The notes: generated by a model not told the origin, from the letters alone. A DNA stretch of 44,301 nt from an uncultured Rikenellaceae bacterium (GCA_964426435.1 CAYRQY010000003.1:1-44301), one strand, 5' to 3'. Counted from the first letter of the stretch, positions 1 to 8,979 are shown. Numbers and translations are program-made.

Positions 1-1605
1 CACTTTGCGGTTCATGAACCGGGTATTATTCATTGATCCTATAAGGCCATCAACATAACGGTTCTCTATTTCAAAAAATGAGAAGCTCTTCATGAGGTCG
101 ATTTTTCCTATCGGTATCTTTTTCCCTTTTGTATTGGTGTTTACAAGGTCGATCAGCTGTTCCGGATAGAAACCGTCAGATTTTCCCAGGTTAATGAACA
201 ATCTTGAATATTTGCCGTTCATTTTTTCCGGTGAAACATTTTTCCCCGTTTTACCTGTGCTTTTTCGGAGTTCCGGGACAGGCTGAATAAGCTCTTCTCC
301 ATGACGATAATCATTGAGAAACCTGTCAAACTCAAGCGAGACAACCCTTTTGAGAAGCTCTTCCCTGCTCACTTTTGCCAGTTTCATTTCTATTTCCGGC
401 ATTAGTTTCTCAATCTCCATGTGGTCAGTTGTTACATTCTCAAGCCTTGTGACCCAGTTGAAAAGCTGTTTTCCGCAGATCTCCCTTCCTGTGGGGATGG
501 GGTAGGCATTAAAAGGTTTCTTCAATCTGTTTTCTATCTTCTGCAGGATATGTTTCTCTTTAAGATGAACAAGTGAAATGGATATTCCTGTTTTTCCAGC
601 CCTGCCAGTTCGGCCGCAGCGGTGAGTATATACCTCTGAATCGTCGGGCAGGCTGAAATTTATTACGTGTGTCAGGTTGTCAACATCCAGTCCGCGTGCA
701 GCAACGTCAGTTGCCACAAGCAGATGAAGATTCCTGGCCCTGAATTTCTGCATCACAGTGTCCCTCTGGCTCTGAGACAGATCACCATGAAGTGCATCGG
801 CATTATACCCATCGTTTATCAGCCGTGATGCTATCTCCTGAGTCTCCTTTCGCGTTCTGCAAAAAACAATACCGTAGATATCCGGTTCAAAATCAGCAAT
901 ACGCTTAAGAACCTTGTATTTATCCCTGGCATGGACCAGATAATAGCCGTGGCTTACATTGTCAGCAGATGAATTTCTTGTTCCGATAGTGATCTTTACC
1001 GGATGATTCATGTATTTTTCCGCAACAGATGCTATTTCATTGGACATTGTAGCTGAGAACAACAGCGTTCTTCTTCCCGGGGGGAGCTCACTCAGGATTT
1101 CAGTGATGCTGTCAAGAAATCCCATGTTCAGCATTTCGTCAGCTTCGTCGAGGATCACTGTGCCTGCTCCGGAAAGTTTCACTGCGCCTCTTCCGATCAG
1201 GTCAATAAGCCTCCCCGGTGTGGCAACAATGATATGCACACCCTTCTTTAATTCCCTTAACTGATTTTCAATACTTGCACCTCCGTATACTGCAAGTATC
1301 TTAAGGTTGCCGTTATATCTCGAATAATCTTCAAGGTCGCCCGCGATCTGCATGCACAGTTCACGGGTAGGGCATAGTATAAGAGCCTGGGTATAATTTA
1401 ATTTTGTGTCTGTTGCCTGAACCAGCGGCAGGCCAAAAGCTGCCGTTTTACCTGTCCCTGTCTGTGCGAGGGCTATAATATCACGCTCATCTTCCAGCAT
1501 AAGGGGGATAATCCTCTCCTGTACCGGCATGGGATGATCAAACCCGAGTGCCTGAATTGCCTTCAGGATACCGGGAGTGAATCCCATTTCTTCAAATTTT
1601 ATCAT
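1..1605 (-). CDS. deaD: DEAD-box RNA helicase (DeaD/CshA-like) with C-terminal DbpA-type RNA-binding domain; 3' end runs off the window
   Basis: Not in the ORF track because there is no stop in the window. Manual translation from ATG 1605 gives MIKFEEMGF..., AQTGTGKT (motif I), LDEADEM (II), FSAT (III), HRCGRTGR (VI) and a C-terminal RLFINLGKSDGF. Confidence 0.95.
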   Translation of the reverse strand, partial: MIKFEEMGFTPGILKAIQALGFDHPMPVQERIIPLMLEDERDIIALAQTGTGKTAAFGLPLVQATDTKLNYTQALILCPTRELCMQIAGDLEDYSRYNGNLKILAVYGGASIENQLRELKKGVHIIVATPGRLIDLIGRGAVKLSGAGTVILDEADEMLNMGFLDSITEILSELPPGRRTLLFSATMSNEIASVAEKYMNHPVKITIGTRNSSADNVSHGYYLVHARDKYKVLKRIADFEPDIYGIVFCRTRKETQEIASRLINDGYNADALHGDLSQSQRDTVMQKFRARNLHLLVATDVAARGLDVDNLTHVINFSLPDDSEVYTHRCGRTGRAGKTGISISLVHLKEKHILQKIENRLKKPFNAYPIPTGREICGKQLFNWVTRLENVTTDHMEIEKLMPEIEMKLAKVSREELLKRVVSLEFDRFLNDYRHGEELIQPVPELRKSTGKTGKNVSPEKMNGKYSRLFINLGKSDGFYPEQLIDLVNTNTKGKKIPIGKIDLMKSFSFFEIENRYVDGLIGSMNNTRFMNRKV

Positions 1606-1727
1606 TAATTGATTTATGGTGTGGCTCCGGGAGCGATTGATTTATAATCCCGGCTGAAATGAACTCAAATGCAGTCTGGGTTAAATGCGTTACAACGCTT
1701 TTGGACATCACTTTGTTAAACAGGGCG

Positions 1728-1735
1728 CAAAGATA
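1728..1735 (-). promoter_or_regulatory. Bacteroidetes sigmaA -7 element for the helicase gene
   Basis: TATCTTTG on the minus strand matches TAnnTTTG, about 120 nt upstream of the ATG. Confidence 0.7.
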
Positions 1736-1774
1736 ATCAAATAATTTATTTTATGAGCATCCAACAGTTTGTTG

Positions 1775-2230
1775 TTATTCCCTGAAGAGTTTAACCTTCA
1801 TTGCAGTTATACCCTTTGGTCCTCTGCCTTCTTCGAAGATTACGATATTGTTTTCCTTTACAGGCTCTTCTAAATTATTTACATGAACGAAAACCCGCTG
1901 GTTTGATTTAAGATCTCTGATAAAACCAAATCCCTTCGATTCATTAAAGAAAGTGACAACTCCCTTCCTTATGAAATCGGGTTCAGCATCAGAGTTGTTC
2001 CTGGTTGCTCCCAGCTCAATGCTTTCAATATCCACAACGGTCTTCCTGGCAGGATCGGGCGGAGTTGATGTGATCATCCCGAATTCATCGACATAGGCGA
2101 TCATATCGTCAAAACTGCTCTTTCTCCCGTCGGTTTTCTTCTGCGCACGCTTCTGTGCTTTCTCTTTCCTCTTTTTATCTCTCCTGCTTCTTACCTCCTT
2201 TTTGCCCGAAGTTTCCTGCGATCTTCCCAT
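1775..2230 (-). CDS. Cold-shock domain protein, Bacteroidetes long form with basic N-terminus
   Basis: K/R-rich N-terminus, MIAYVDEFG.ITSTPPDP, and a C-terminal CSD with GVVTFFNESKGFGFI (RNP1) and VFVH (RNP2). Confidence 0.93.
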   Translation of the reverse strand: MGRSQETSGKKEVRSRRDKKRKEKAQKRAQKKTDGRKSSFDDMIAYVDEFGMITSTPPDPARKTVVDIESIELGATRNNSDAEPDFIRKGVVTFFNESKGFGFIRDLKSNQRVFVHVNNLEEPVKENNIVIFEEGRGPKGITAMKVKLFRE

Positions 2231-2233
2231 ATT

Positions 2234-2261
2234 TCTGGTTTAGTCTGGTTTAGTCTGGTTT
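2234..2261. repeat. 10-bp tandem repeat (TCTGGTTTAG x ~2.8) just upstream of the csp start codon
   Basis: Read directly: tctggtttag tctggtttag tctggttt. Confidence 0.85.
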
Positions 2262-2365
2262 CTTAACTGTTTGCATTCCAGCTTAAAAAAGCGACGATGT
2301 GTAAAATGATCCGGCCTGATACCTTACCGGAAGAAATCTCATCACCGCGAAGCCGAACGCACCGT

Positions 2366-2373
2366 CAAAGATA
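2366..2373 (-). promoter_or_regulatory. -7 promoter element for the cold-shock gene
   Basis: TATCTTTG on the minus strand, about 135 nt upstream of ATG 2230. Confidence 0.65.
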
Positions 2374-2489
2374 TGAAAATATCCTTACGGGGCATTATCC
2401 CGGTTAAAGGCCGGAATCAGATGAAATTTTTATTTGATTGATCTGCAGAAGAATTTTATCACGGGATGATATTCTTTTATATAAATATT

Positions 2490-2497
2490 TATCTTTG
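2490..2497 (+). promoter_or_regulatory. -7 promoter element for arsR-feoAB
   Basis: TATCTTTG matches TAnnTTTG and follows an AT-rich tract. Confidence 0.75.
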
Positions 2498-2506
2498 TGA
2501 AACGAT

Positions 2507-2520
2507 TGAACAATTGTTCA
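2507..2520. promoter_or_regulatory. ArsR/SmtB-type operator
   Basis: Perfect 14-bp palindrome TGAACAATTGTTCA, with the TGAA-N6-TTCA core of SmtB/CzrA boxes. It lies between the -7 element and the ArsR start codon. Confidence 0.8.
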
Positions 2521-2532
2521 TATAAGCATCAG

Positions 2533-2898
2533 ATGAAAAGAAAAAAGTCTGATATTTCAGATATACAGTGTGTTGAGAGGAAGAAAGTAAAGTCTGTAAT
2601 AAAAAAGATGAAGACTGAAAGGATCTTCCATTACCTTGCGGAGACATTCAGGGCCATGAGTGACCCTACAAGGACGAAAATCATCTATGCCCTCTGCCAG
2701 GAGAAGGAGCTTTGCGTTTGCGACCTTGCAGCGATAACGGGGAGTACAAACTCAGCCATATCACATCAGCTCAGGACATTGCGCAACATGAAACTGGTTA
2801 AGTATAACAAGGTGGGAAAGGTTAGTTTCTATTCGCTTGATGATGCGCATATTAACAATCTTTTTGAAGAGGGGCTCAGGCACGTTGAGGAGAAGTAG
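2533..2898 (+). CDS. ArsR/SmtB-family metalloregulator
   Basis: FRAMSDPTRTKII, ELCVCDL (alpha3), SAISHQLRTLR HTH, and alpha5 site DxHx10HxxE (DAH-INNLFEEGLR-HVEE). ATG 2533 is preferred over GTG 2497, which overlaps the promoter. Confidence 0.92.
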   Translation: MKRKKSDISDIQCVERKKVKSVIKKMKTERIFHYLAETFRAMSDPTRTKIIYALCQEKELCVCDLAAITGSTNSAISHQLRTLRNMKLVKYNKVGKVSFYSLDDAHINNLFEEGLRHVEEK

Positions 2899-2943
2899 GA
2901 TATTTCAGGTTAACAGACAATATGATAAAGATAATTACCAGAT

Positions 2944-3192
2944 ATGCAGAATGATAATAATGATAACCTTATCCTTACGGCGATGAGGGACGGTCAGTCA
3001 GGGATTATTATCTCAATAGCAGGAGGTCACAATGCAGCCAAAAGGCTTGCTGACCTTGGATTGTCGCCTGGAACAAGAATAAGGGTGATGAGAAAGGCGA
3101 TCTTCTCAGGGCCGGTACAGGTTGATGTAAACGGATCAAAACTTGTTCTGGGGTGGGGGCTGGCATCAAAAATAATTGTCAGGCCGGAATGA
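2944..3192 (+). CDS. feoA: Ferrous iron transport protein A
   Basis: RLADLGLSPGTRI...GPVQV...LVLGWGLASKIIV is the FeoA SH3-like signature. Its stop overlaps the feoB start (ATGA). Confidence 0.92.
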   Translation: MQNDNNDNLILTAMRDGQSGIIISIAGGHNAAKRLADLGLSPGTRIRVMRKAIFSGPVQVDVNGSKLVLGWGLASKIIVRPE

Positions 3193-5120
3193 ATAGCGGT
3201 AAAAAGCTCAATATAGTGCTTGCCGGGCAGGGAAACGCCGGAAAATCGGCCCTTTTCAATAATCTCACGGGCCTTCATCAGCACATAGGTAACTGGGCAG
3301 GAAAGACAATAGAAAAACGCGAGGGCACTCTTTTTTATAAAGGTTATACCATCGATGTGCTTGATCTTCCCGGGATATATTCCCTTACAACATATTCGGT
3401 TGAGGAGGTCATTTCGCGGGAATATATCATTCATCATCAGCCTGACTGTGTGATCAATATTGTTGATTCAACCAGCCTCGAAAGGAACCTGATCTTCACC
3501 CTGCAGCTCCTTGAGCTCGATTGCCCGGTTGTAATGGCACTCAATATGTTTGATCTCTCAAAAAAGAAAGGGATTACAATAGATTCCGGAAGGCTGGGTG
3601 AGATCCTTGATGTGCCAGTGATACCAACGGTTGCGTCCCGCGGCACCGGTTTAACTGAATTAATTGACAGAGTCATTGGGTTAAAGGAATCAGGGTCAGA
3701 CCGAAAGCCGATGAGGTACGGTAAGGAGATTGAAAGTGCCATCGGGAAGTTGACTGAATTGCTTCACGGCACAGGACTGCCTTACCCGGCAAGATGGATT
3801 GCCATCAAACTGATTGAGAAGGACAGGGATGTAACTGCACTTGTTCAGAAGATTAATCCGGAGATTGTTGAAAAAGCCCTTGAGACTTGCAGAAATCTCG
3901 AGGAGATACACGGGCATGATTCCGCAATAGTGATTGCCGACGAAAGGAGCAATCTTGCCTCAGGAATAACCAGGGAGATATTGAAACTTAGTCCGCAGCG
4001 AAAGGTTTCCCTAAACGACAGGCTCGATGCGATAACAACGCATAAATTCAGCGGGTACCTGGTGATGATCCTCATCCTGGGAGGTATGTTTCTCACCGTT
4101 TTCAGCTTTGGCAACTGGCTTTCGGAGTGGTTTGACTCGTTATTTCAAAACTGGGGCGCATGGTGGAGCAGGACCATGGGTGACGGATTCATTCCTGCGC
4201 TTGGATGGTCCGCCCTCGAAAGCGTTCTGGCCCTTGTCCAGATAGCATTACCCTATATCCTCCCTTTCTATATTATTCTTTATGTACTGGAGGACTGGGG
4301 ATATATAGCGAGGATCTCTTTCCTGATGGATAAGTTCATGCATAAAATGGGAATCCATGGCAAAGGGTGCATTTCGTTCATCATTGGCCTGGGTTGTAAC
4401 GTCCCCGGGTGTCTCTCTTGCCGTATAATGGAATCGAGACGCGAGAGATTTATTACAGCCGTCCTGGTAACCCTTGTACCATGCTCTGCAGTATCGGTGA
4501 TTGTCTTCGGGCTGGTCGGCAAGTATGTCGGGCTGCTTTGGGCCCTGGGATTGTATGTTTTTGCATCAATAATAATTTTCATTGCAGGAAAGATCTCCTC
4601 GAAGTTTCTCATAGGAGAACCTGTGGAACTTATAATGCCGATGCCTGACTATAAAACACCGCAGATAAAAGCGATACTTGTCCAGACATGGGATGCCCTG
4701 AAGGAATTTGTATACATAGCTGCCCCGATAGTAATATTGACCGGTGTGTTGATAAATGCAATTGATCTCGCGGGGTGGATGCCTGCCATTTCTTCAATCT
4801 TATCGCCGGTAACCGTTTTCTGGCTTGGACTGCCGGCAGTAACCGGGATTCTGCTGATCTTTGGCATTCTAAGGAAAGAACTTATCCTGGTTATGCTGGC
4901 AACCTACCTTGGAACCACAAATTTCGGCGATGCCCTCACTGCTAACCAGATGATCACCCTTGCGGTGGTGAGCATGTTCTATGTTCCCTGCATTGCCACA
5001 ATATCCGTTCTCTGGAAGGAGTATGGGTGGAAAAAGGCAATGGCAGTCTGCATCCTAGAGATCCTGTTTGCTATAGTGCTGGCCGGTATCGTAAAAAGGA
5101 TCCTTGATTTTGTTTTATAA
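3189..5120 (+). CDS. feoB: Ferrous iron transport protein B
   Basis: G-domain motifs GQGNAGKS, GNWAGKTIE, DLPGIYSL and NMFD. Membrane gate motifs GLGCNVP and FYVPCIATI. ATG 3189 is coupled to the feoA TGA. Confidence 0.95.
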   Translation: MNSGKKLNIVLAGQGNAGKSALFNNLTGLHQHIGNWAGKTIEKREGTLFYKGYTIDVLDLPGIYSLTTYSVEEVISREYIIHHQPDCVINIVDSTSLERNLIFTLQLLELDCPVVMALNMFDLSKKKGITIDSGRLGEILDVPVIPTVASRGTGLTELIDRVIGLKESGSDRKPMRYGKEIESAIGKLTELLHGTGLPYPARWIAIKLIEKDRDVTALVQKINPEIVEKALETCRNLEEIHGHDSAIVIADERSNLASGITREILKLSPQRKVSLNDRLDAITTHKFSGYLVMILILGGMFLTVFSFGNWLSEWFDSLFQNWGAWWSRTMGDGFIPALGWSALESVLALVQIALPYILPFYIILYVLEDWGYIARISFLMDKFMHKMGIHGKGCISFIIGLGCNVPGCLSCRIMESRRERFITAVLVTLVPCSAVSVIVFGLVGKYVGLLWALGLYVFASIIIFIAGKISSKFLIGEPVELIMPMPDYKTPQIKAILVQTWDALKEFVYIAAPIVILTGVLINAIDLAGWMPAISSILSPVTVFWLGLPAVTGILLIFGILRKELILVMLATYLGTTNFGDALTANQMITLAVVSMFYVPCIATISVLWKEYGWKKAMAVCILEILFAIVLAGIVKRILDFVL

Positions 5121-5132
5121 AAATTTATAAAC

Positions 5133-6509
5133 ATGAAAACCTCCTATTATTTATTACCGCTTGCAATCGTCCCGCTTGCAGAAGGATGTGCGAGGCAGGA
5201 ACAACCCCCCAACATCATATTCCTTCTTACCGACGACCATCGGTTCGATGCGATGGGATATACCGGGAATCCGTATATAAAGACGCCGAACATCGACAGG
5301 CTGGCTCACGGTGGAATTATATTCAATAACGCCTATGTAACCACCTCAATCTCATGTGCCAGCCGGGCATCAATTCTTACAGGTCAGTACGTATCGAGAC
5401 ATGGAATTAATGACTTTAACACCGATTTTACCGATGAAGCTCTTGAAAAAACATACCCTCTTATCCTGAAACAGCAGGCCGGCTACAAAATTGGTTTTAT
5501 AGGAAAATACGGCGTGGGACTAAAGGGACATCCCTCCGGCAGTTACGATTACTGGGGTTGTGAACAGGTAATCCAGCCCCGGTACGAGAATTTTGATTCA
5601 GAGGGTAATATGACCCACTATACCGACATTGTAAACGGACGGATAGAAGAGTTCCTGTCAGAGTTCGGGAATGGAGGCCCGTTCTGTCTCTCAGTCAGCT
5701 TCAAGGCACCTCACGTAGAGGATAACGATCCGCGGCAGTTTATCTTCAACAAACGATATGCAGATAACTACCGGAATATGAATTATCTGCGGCCCGAAAC
5801 AGGCGGGGATGAATTCTGGAACCGTTTCCCGCTGGAGTTCAGGAGCAATAATGAGGCAAGAAGGAGATGGCGGATCCGTTTCGAAACAGATACACTTTTC
5901 AGGGAGAGTGTCAGGGGATATTACCGCCTGATTCAGGGAGTTGACGATGTGGTCGGAAATATTGAGAGACGTCTTAAAGAGCTTGGAATTGAAAAGAATA
6001 CCATTATAATAATGACCGGCGATAACGGATTCTTTCTTGGTGAACATGGTCTGGCCGGAAAATGGTTCCCTTATGAGGAATCAGTTCGTGTCCCGCTTTT
6101 TATATATAACCCGGCAGAGAAAAAGAAATATTCAGGAGCAACAATCGACAAGGTGGTGCTTAATATCGACATTGCCCCGACCATTCTATCCTTTGCAGGA
6201 ATTGAAACGGACGATGGAATGCAGGGAGAACCGCTTCAGTCAACCTGGAGAAGTCCGGATAGCAAATGGCGTGAAAGGTTCTTTTACGAGCATCGTTTCC
6301 AGCATCCCGGACTCCCAAAATCGGAAGCGGTGATAGGGTTGGATTACAAGTTCATCAACTATTATGAGTTGCGCGACAGCAACCTGGAGTTCTTTGATAT
6401 CAGGAAAGATCCCATGGAAATGAATAACCTGATCAATTCAGATCATTATCAGGATATTATCGCCAGACAGCAGGAACTTCTCGACAGTCTCAGGGTAGTT
6501 GTAAGATGA
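5133..6509 (+). CDS. S1 (formylglycine-dependent) sulfatase, probable lipoprotein
   Basis: PNIIFLLTDD, SCASRASILTG (Ser-type SxAxR motif), GKYG, KAPH, GDNG..GEHG...KW.PYEESVRVP. N-terminal ...LAEGC lipobox-like sequence. Confidence 0.92.
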   Translation: MKTSYYLLPLAIVPLAEGCARQEQPPNIIFLLTDDHRFDAMGYTGNPYIKTPNIDRLAHGGIIFNNAYVTTSISCASRASILTGQYVSRHGINDFNTDFTDEALEKTYPLILKQQAGYKIGFIGKYGVGLKGHPSGSYDYWGCEQVIQPRYENFDSEGNMTHYTDIVNGRIEEFLSEFGNGGPFCLSVSFKAPHVEDNDPRQFIFNKRYADNYRNMNYLRPETGGDEFWNRFPLEFRSNNEARRRWRIRFETDTLFRESVRGYYRLIQGVDDVVGNIERRLKELGIEKNTIIIMTGDNGFFLGEHGLAGKWFPYEESVRVPLFIYNPAEKKKYSGATIDKVVLNIDIAPTILSFAGIETDDGMQGEPLQSTWRSPDSKWRERFFYEHRFQHPGLPKSEAVIGLDYKFINYYELRDSNLEFFDIRKDPMEMNNLINSDHYQDIIARQQELLDSLRVVVR

Positions 6510-6531
6510 TCCGTTTTAGATCCCGGGTTTA

Positions 6532-8928
6532 TCAGTCAGCCAAATCAAACCCGAAGCTTTTTTCCTTCTCTTTCTTTGCGGGGATTCCGAAATTATAGAG
6601 AATATTGATCCCGAATCTGCGGGTATCGGAGTAGCGGCTGCCGTAGCTGCTTATACTTCCCTGGTTGAGGCGGAATTCATTGACCATGGTGCGCATAATA
6701 TCCCTAGCGCTGAGAGTTACTGATAGTTTTCTGTCGAAGAAAGTCTGATTGAGGCTGACGTTGAGCTGGCCGAAATTCTCCATCTCGTAAAAGTTCATCT
6801 GTCCTTTCGTCATGAGAAAACCGTTAAGTGTCAGGCGCGTGCCAGAGCTGAGCCTGAGTGAGTGGTAGGTGAAGAAGCGCCAGCTCCCGCGACGGTATGA
6901 AAGGTTCTGTGTTTCGTAAACTCCGTTATACTCGTTCAGGTTATACTGGGCACCCAGATAGAAGAAATAGACTCTTGAGGGAGGGATGCCTCCGGTAGCG
7001 CGGAAATAGGTCTCCCTGCTGGTGCCAAGATTATCAAATGTCCTGACTGCAACACTCGGGTCGCGTCTGTCCTGGTATATCACGCTTGAGAATATATCGC
7101 GGGTGTAACTGCGTCCGTAAGCAAAAAGTGGCATATCGTCGATGCTGACGTTTATCTCGAAGTTATTTGTGAACTGCGGTTTGAGTCCGGGATTTCCTGT
7201 CTCGTACAGAAACTGGTCAACATATCTCACTGAGGGATTAAGGCTTTCGTATCCGGGGCGTGCTATTGTCTTCCGGTAGATGGCATATGCCCTCAGCTCG
7301 AATCCGCCCAGGGAGAAGACGGGCCTGCTGAGATAAACATATGGGAACCAGTCGGCCCGGCTGATGACAAAGCTTGTATCGGAAGGTATGGACTGAATAC
7401 CCTTCATCAAGGTATGCTCGAGCCGCACACCTGTTTTGAGCAGAAACTGCCATCCCAGATCGCGTGAAGCCTGCAAATATCCTGAATTGATATTCTCGCG
7501 ATACCTGTAACTGCTTGTTCGTGAGGGATCTTCAGTTCTGATTTGTTGCCGTGTAATAAAGTAGTCTGAACTGCTTTTATACTGCTGCCATGTACTGTTG
7601 AGCCCGGCCTCCATTTTTATCGCGTATGGGAGCCTGTAAGTAAGATCTGACTGGAACTGGATAAAATGGCGCCTCTGGGCTCCGGTACCATCACCTGCTA
7701 TTCCAGAACCTGGAGGAAAGAGCTGGCTGGTGTTATACTCCTGCGTACTGTTGTTGTTGTTGAATGTGAATGACAGTTTGGTGTCGAGCTCGAGGCCAAT
7801 TGAATCCACCCTGTAAAGGGAGCCCAGTTCCTGTCTGAGGCTGGTGAAACGTGAGCTGTTATCTGTATTGTTGAGTGTCTCTGTCAGGACCTGGTCCGCT
7901 GAGGTTCTTATAGTATTGCTGTTGAGGGTTGAGGAGGAAGGCAGGCTTCTGTTTACTCTTCCGTCGTAGCTCAGATTAAGGTTGTCGGTAGCGTCGTAAC
8001 TTATCCCGTAACCCACGTAGCCCTGGTTAGCTTTCCTTTTTGTTTCCGCCGACTGGTAAAGTGATGTGTCGGGCCTGAGAAGCCTGACGCTGCTGAGTTC
8101 CTCCAGCATCTGATTGTTGCTGTATTCGAAATTGAGATAGCTTGTAGTGAGATCACCGCTTTCGTTGAAACTGAGCCCTGCGAACCGGTTGCCAAGTTTG
8201 CCCTGGTTCATCCCTGTCCTGACAGAACCGAACCGGCCTATCTTCACACCTTTCTTCAGAACCACATTGACAATTCCGCCTGAGCTGGAAGCCGAATACT
8301 TGGCAGAAGGTGTCCTCATCACTTCAACACGCTGAACACTTCCCGGAGGCAGACTGCGAAGGATGGTCATGATATCCTGACTGCTCATTTTCTGTTCCCT
8401 CCCATTGATGAAGATCATTGCCGGTGTGGCGCTGCTGAGGAATATTCCTCCATCCTGATCTACCAGCAGTCCCGGCGTGCTCTCAAGTATTTCGAGGGTG
8501 TTTGTACTTATGCCCGCAAGTCCCTGAATATCAATTATCATCTTGTCCTCTTCCTGGCGCATCATTGGTCTCGACACCATTACGACCACCTCATTCATCA
8601 TAATGGCATCCTCTGTCATCCGGAAGAGATACTCCCTGTGGCCGGTGCTGACAGTTATGCTTTCTTCGAGGGGCCGGAAACCGATAAAAGTTATTATTGC
8701 CCTGTATGAACCTGAAATCAGATTCTCAAACCGGGCAACGCCCGAAAGATTTGTCGTGTTAACGAACCTTGCCTGGTCCGAATCCCTGAAAAGCTGAACG
8801 GCAGCACCTGCCAGCTCCGCATTCTCGTGATCTCTTACGGTAATGCTTACAGACTGGCTGTGGCAAACTGCTGCCGCGGCGGTAAGCAGAATTGCCGTCA
8901 GAAGTGATATAAGAAATCTATGCTTCAT
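6532..8928 (-). CDS. TonB-dependent-receptor-like outer-membrane beta-barrel protein (carboxypeptidase-regulatory N-domain, plug, barrel)
   Basis: Signal peptide MKHRFLISLL..., plug-like VEVMRTPSAKY...GGIVNVVLKK, GNPGLKPQF, C-terminal YNFG. The ORF-track extension to 9150 runs through repeats, and a -7 promoter sits at 8937-8944, so the start is placed at 8928. Confidence 0.85.
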   Translation of the reverse strand: MKHRFLISLLTAILLTAAAAVCHSQSVSITVRDHENAELAGAAVQLFRDSDQARFVNTTNLSGVARFENLISGSYRAIITFIGFRPLEESITVSTGHREYLFRMTEDAIMMNEVVVMVSRPMMRQEEDKMIIDIQGLAGISTNTLEILESTPGLLVDQDGGIFLSSATPAMIFINGREQKMSSQDIMTILRSLPPGSVQRVEVMRTPSAKYSASSSGGIVNVVLKKGVKIGRFGSVRTGMNQGKLGNRFAGLSFNESGDLTTSYLNFEYSNNQMLEELSSVRLLRPDTSLYQSAETKRKANQGYVGYGISYDATDNLNLSYDGRVNRSLPSSSTLNSNTIRTSADQVLTETLNNTDNSSRFTSLRQELGSLYRVDSIGLELDTKLSFTFNNNNSTQEYNTSQLFPPGSGIAGDGTGAQRRHFIQFQSDLTYRLPYAIKMEAGLNSTWQQYKSSSDYFITRQQIRTEDPSRTSSYRYRENINSGYLQASRDLGWQFLLKTGVRLEHTLMKGIQSIPSDTSFVISRADWFPYVYLSRPVFSLGGFELRAYAIYRKTIARPGYESLNPSVRYVDQFLYETGNPGLKPQFTNNFEINVSIDDMPLFAYGRSYTRDIFSSVIYQDRRDPSVAVRTFDNLGTSRETYFRATGGIPPSRVYFFYLGAQYNLNEYNGVYETQNLSYRRGSWRFFTYHSLRLSSGTRLTLNGFLMTKGQMNFYEMENFGQLNVSLNQTFFDRKLSVTLSARDIMRTMVNEFRLNQGSISSYGSRYSDTRRFGINILYNFGIPAKKEKEKSFGFDLAD

Positions 8929-8936
8929 CGATGGCG

Positions 8937-8944
8937 CAAAAATA
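8937..8944 (-). promoter_or_regulatory. -7 promoter element of the receptor gene (very short leader)
   Basis: TATTTTTG, 8 nt upstream of the ATG. Confidence 0.7.
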
Positions 8945-8979
8945 TAAATTTTCCGGAATTGAGGAATGAAAATCGGCCG

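Noticed and set aside
2497-2532. GTG start for the ArsR regulator
   Set aside because: It overlaps the -7 promoter element and the operator. ATG 2533 is more plausible.
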